Below, one piece after another: positions 59,193 through 64,000 of a DNA stretch of 64,000 bases. The notes under the pieces are model-generated. The model was not told the origin of the DNA. It did no database searches and saw nothing but the letters and a program-made list of their open reading frames with translations. Every line of letters begins with the position of its first letter. Positions within the stretch are counted from its first letter, which is position 1. The stretch covers positions 1 to 64,000 of the forward strand of contig NW_026921836.1 of NCBI RefSeq assembly GCF_032062105.1. Reading direction: 5' to 3'. The stretch comes from Saccostrea cucullata. Its lineage: Eukaryota. The translations under genes were made by a program, and so were the position numbers.

Positions 59193-59671
59193 TTAGATCA
59201 ATTTATAAATAAATATACAATTAAGATAATAATTTTTGAAATAAGTAAAAGAATAACAATTTGCTACATAAGGTTTCATTAAATAATACACACCCTTATT
59301 ACGTTTCAACATTGAAAACCTGTAATTTATCCTCTGCATAAAAGTGATCATTTTGAAAGTTATTTAAAACATAAGAAGTGAAGCAATATTCTCAATGCTA
59401 CTTCCCTTCACTTACAAAATTAACTATAGTAAACCATGTCTTATCTTTATAATGTATATATGTCTAGTCTTATACGAGGCGATATTTAAATTCATTTCAT
59501 TAAATATGATTCTTAAAATGTTTTTGTAATCAAAATAACATCTAGTCTGGATAAGACAGGCTGTCCTGTATATGGTACCAAACCAGTCGTCTGCCAAAAG
59601 CTTTACAGTCATTGTGTTGGTTGTGAAAAAAAGACAATAAAATTTTCTGACAAAAACAATATTGAACAGTA

Positions 59672-61342
59672 CTAGTGAGCTTTAATCATCATAAGAGTCT
59701 CTTTAATCTCTTCACCATCCCTGACTGTAGGAGACCATGGAGCGGACCAGTACTCCGGTGACCAGGGACCGTTAAGGAAGGCCCAGTGACAGGCGTTAAA
59801 CCACCAGCCTCCTCTACGGTCACTGAGAGCAGCACAGTTAATATTATTTCTGTCATTATCCCTGTCCGGGGTGGAGAAGGACATCCCAGACAGATCGTGG
59901 TCGCTTCTCATGCTGTCTCCTGAAATACAATATTATAACAATATAAATAGACACAACAGTCATCTCCAGTCAATCTGTCATTATCTTCTCATGCTGTCTC
60001 CTGTAATACAATATCATAACAGTATAAATAGACACAACAGTCATCTTCAGTCAATCTGTCATTATCTTCTCATGCTGTCTCCTGAAATACAATATTATGA
60101 CAGTAAAATAGATACAATAATAATCTCCGGTCAGTCTGTCATTATCTCTGTCCGGGGTGGAGAAGTACATCCGAGACAGATCGTGATAAGAATAACCAGT
60201 GTCTAACATACTGTCCCCTGTATAAGTAAAGAAAATGAAAATTAAGAAAAACAAGTAATATGACTTCATAAACGTCGGCAATGAGATTTCATTCCTTCTT
60301 ACACAATATTATTGTGTTAGTTAGTCGATTTGTAATTTGATTGATAATTTATCCAATGTAACTCTCATCTTTACATCTGTAAAAAAGTTGGAAAACATGG
60401 GTACCTATCCGATTTAATTGATGAAATAAATTATGAATAAAGTTAAAGAAGAAAAAAAACTCATTATGAACATAATTTTCAGGGATTGCGATCTTATCCA
60501 TTCCCAGATATTAAATCCATGACATTATTCGGCCTTTTATCACCCACAAATGTATGTACTGTTAGAGTGTTTGATTATAATTTAATTTAGTTTGTATTCT
60601 AGACTTTCTTTGGTTGATATCCAAAAAGGAACGCAAATTATTTCTCAATAACCTGGCTTGGTATGGGGACACCCCCCCCCCCTTAACAACAGCTGAAACA
60701 TCTGTATCCATGCAATCCCGTCATTTACAGTCCCTGTGATTCATGGAAATTCCAGATATAATAAATGTACCTGTAACTTCAAACAGTAGCTTGATCTTAC
60801 CTCATTTAAACAAATATCATGACTGCTAGATTTGTGTATCAGTTATTACCTCCCCTTGTTTCATATCACTTCCGTTACTAGGGATGTATTATTGAGCGGC
60901 AAATTTGAACTCATAAAAAGCAGCACAACTTTACACCCAGTGTTGTTAGATTATTTTGAAATCAAAATATAAGGAATGATTTTAATACTTGGCCAAATTA
61001 TTCGATTTTAACAGAATATATGAATACATATCTTTGCGGATTATAAAGTGTAAACTGACCCAAACCAGATTATAATCGAATAATTTGGCCAAGAATTAGA
61101 GTCATTCCTTAATTATCAATTATTTACAAATGTATAAAGATTCTATATTCATCCAACTAAGTAGTCTGACGACCCACCTAATGTCCCTTCGGTCGGTCCA
61201 GCAAGGTAAAGTCTGTAGTTGTCCGTCTCATTATTTACAGAGAATTCCCCGTACTGTTGATATAGAGTAGTTCCATTGGTCAAAGTAATGGACACATAGA
61301 GAGCCGGTCTATTCTTGGTTAATTGATGAATGATGTCATTTC
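59672..61342 (-). CDS. Fibrinogen-related domain (FReD/ficolin-like) gene, last two exons (61178-61342 and 59672-59919); upstream exons not seen in the window
   Basis: Phase-1 exon GNDIIHQLTK...YRLYLAGPTEGTL splices in frame to GDSM...FSTPDRDND...C...GGWWFNACHWAFLNG...MMIKAH*. Confidence 0.88.
59904..60146. repeat. 81-bp tandem repeat (~3 units) spanning the FReD splice acceptor
   Basis: Units start at 59904, 59985 and 60066. Confidence 0.9.
60970..61111. repeat. Intronic inverted repeat
   Basis: TAAGGAATGATTTTAATACTTGGCCAAATTATTCGATT pairs with AATCGAATAATTTGGCCAAGAATTAGAGTCATTCCTTA. Confidence 0.75.
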
Positions 61343-61448
61343 CTAAAATAGAATAGTGAAGGACATGGCATGATCAACTTTCTTGAAATAGATCTATTTT
61401 ATGGAGGGATTCTTGTCTGGTTTCCGATTAAATTAAATATTTAAAGTA

Positions 61449-62516
61449 CGAGGGTCATTCAAAAAATACGTAGACAATGCTTCTCATTGTCATATGATTA
61501 TTACAAGATTATATATCAACACATTTCCGTAAACATAAACATTTATTTTGTCGAACTGTGAAGTTTCATTCCATTTAATTAAACAGAACTCACGTTAGAC
61601 AAAATTAAAAGCAACATGTTTTGTTACCACGGAGCACGGTTAACCAATATTGTAACGTCAAAAACAACGCTGTCAAAAGTATACACATTTTTGTTACTTC
61701 ATACACTGTTTGTTGCGTCTTCTCCATTCAAAACACATATCCACAATACTTAACACCTGGTTTGCTAACAATTGTACGAATATAGCTTGAATTAGAATGT
61801 TATTGTTTTCAAATTCTTTGATTTACCATGCAACTTTATTAATTCTGCAACATTGAAGCACACATCACGTTCAGATACGTTCCTAACTCTTTTGACAATA
61901 TTTTTAACTTTAACCTGTTTCTTTGCAGACAATCCATCGTCCGATTCAAACTCGCTACCACTCAAAAATTGTATTTTCAACTTAATACAAATACACAGAT
62001 TTTTTTTCATACAGATCCTGATTTATAAGGATTTTTTTAAGCTTGTAGAAAAAGTTTCCCGAATGTAAAGTCTAATTTTATTGCTACTTGCTGCTCCGTG
62101 ACGTCCTCCAACGTCATGGATTTTTGCCTTTTTTAATCAAGTCCATATGTATTAAGAAGCTGATATCTTTTAAGCAGAACGAGATATTACATAACCTGAT
62201 TTCATTCTAATTAATACAGCAATAATTGATTTAAACATGTAAATTTTATTTCGTTTCAGCTCCATTTATTAGATGTATAGCTGTAAATACTATAAAGATA
62301 AAAATTAGAAAATTACTCAATTTTGACGGTGCTCCGTGACCCCATTTTTGCTGTTCTAAATCCTTGGTAATTTTAATAAATATGAGGATACATTCTAATT
62401 TTTTTACTCAAATTATCTGAATCTGTTGTTAAAATATTTGCACCAAATCTGGATATAATATGACGTTAAATAAAAAAGATAGGACAAAAGTCTACGAACT
62501 TTTTGAATGACCCTCG
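61449..62516. mobile_element. Mariner-type MITE
   Basis: TIRs CGAGGGTCATTCAAAAA...CGTAGAC with TA TSD; TIR related to that of 31351-33541. Confidence 0.88.
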
Positions 62517-62847
62517 TATATCTGCTAAATTATTTTCATATGTGTTTTGGTGTTGTATATTCTTACCAACATGATCATGGATATCTAATTTTTCTCCAAA
62601 ACCACTGAGCCAAATTCAGCAGATCAAAGATTTAGAAAGGAATATTTAAGAAAATTTGTTTATTTTTTTTTCTCAAGAACAACACAGCCATTACTAGTCA
62701 TATCTATATGGAAGCATCCTTATGAAGCGTAGAATCAAATTTGTTCAAAACATGACCCCTGGGCTAGGTTAGGGCCAAAAATAAAGTTCAAACTTATGGG
62801 CGAAAAAGCCACAGTGAGACAATGAATATGCAAGAATTCTTAGTTAA

Positions 62848-63420
62848 TTATGTCAATTAATAATCATGGTAATTTCAATTCCTACGTTGATACGATATAT
62901 CCTGTTGAGCTTGAGATAAAAGATACCAAAGAGTCCGACACTTCTGTTTCATACTTGGATATTCTACTTGTAAAAGACACTTATGGTAATATAACAACCA
63001 AGCTATATGATAAACGTGATGACTTTACCTTTTTTATCGTCAACTTCTCTTACTTATGCAGCAATATACCTTCATCACCTGCATACGGAGTCTATATATC
63101 TCAGTTGATTCGATATGCAAGAGCATGCTAAATTTCTAAAACGAGGTAAATTATTGACAAGCAAGTTGACGAAACAAAAATATCAGCAGTCTCGTTTAAA
63201 GTCATCATTACTTAAGTTTTTTGGTCGATACAATGACCTTGTCAAAAAAAAAAAATTATGATTGAGTCAAATGCTGACTGACGTTTTTCATATCAATTGT
63301 TAGTCCATTATTTATACACTGAACTGACGACGGGTTTTTCTTTTTCTTTGTTTGCCCTCCTCCTGTTTTGTATTGTTTAATGTACTTTGAGATTGAATAC
63401 TGTTTGTTATCTCCATATCC
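62848..63420 (+). mobile_element. Penelope-like 3' fragment with the structured tail deleted
   Basis: ORF 62850-63131 YVDTIYPVELEIKDT...YISQLIRYARAC. Confidence 0.85.
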
Positions 63421-63744
63421 TTATTAGTTAAGATTCAAGGCAATTAAAATCATAACCCTCCTACCTCCATTTAGAAATAGATTGGGTTCCCCTTATGCAA
63501 TTAAGCTTTTCAATGCTGGATTAATTTTTGCTTTAAGTTCAATCGCATTATGTTCAATGATAAAATGAAAAAAATGGTCTTTCGGTTTAAGGAGAAATGA
63601 TACAAACATTTTTTTTTCTTTGAAGGGGACTTAATATCAGGTCACAAGTTTAGAAAAGTGGATAAATCTTAGAATTTTTTTCTCCTAAGAACTTGAAAAT
63701 GAAATAGACCTAAAAATATTCGTAATATTTCAATAATAATAATA

Positions 63745-63754
63745 AACTAGATGA

Positions 63755-63787
<33 letters not shown>

Positions 63788-64000
63788 TGAATTTCTCGAT
63801 AAGATGAGATGTGATTTTGACTGAGATATTCGTTAAAAGAGAATGACATTAAGTTTTCCTTCAATGAATTTAAAGTTTCTCATTTTTATCACGATTTTCT
63901 GAACATCTTTTGTTCAATATGGCTTATAAAAATATCCCCCCCCCTTTTCAAGACGTAAAGCATGACAAAAAATAGCATTTTGGCCCCTTTGCAACCCCTT
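63745..64000. mobile_element. End of a Helitron/Helentron-type element running off the window
   Basis: AACTAG followed by the hairpin CTCGTTGCGAGCAACGAG. Confidence 0.5.

Overview
AT-rich, transposon-dense eukaryotic genomic DNA; the repeat families and genes look like those of a bivalve, probably an oyster (inference). Host genes: a single-exon class A GPCR (21.1-22.4 kb, +); a signal-peptide plus PAN/apple-like ORF (28.3-28.6 kb, -); two tandem copies of a complete 3-exon, 256-aa putatively secreted orphan gene with a GC-AG intron (35.1-37.8 and 46.0-48.7 kb, +) inside a ~6.5/8.3 kb segmental duplication; and the last two exons of a fibrinogen-related (FReD) gene (59.7-61.3 kb, -). Mobile DNA: a nearly intact CR1/L2-group LINE, an older esterase-ORF1 LINE with a 2A-like motif, several Penelope-like RT 3' fragments, a Gypsy RT scrap, a probable LTR fragment, Merlin and Crypton relics, Helitron/Helentron-type non-autonomous elements, MITEs and tRNA-derived SINEs. 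Most interesting signals: (1) nine hairpins at 43.9-44.3 kb that share an 18-nt apex on stems of differing sequence with G-U wobbles on the + strand; (2) LINE ORF1 and ORF2 in frame across a single UAG followed by a GC-rich stem, with no in-frame AUG before the endonuclease; (3) a conserved multi-stem, possibly pseudoknotted RNA at the 3' end of the Penelope-like copies; (4) a FReD terminal exon preceded by three decoy splice acceptors. All analysis was by eye; family names come from motif recognition, not database searches.
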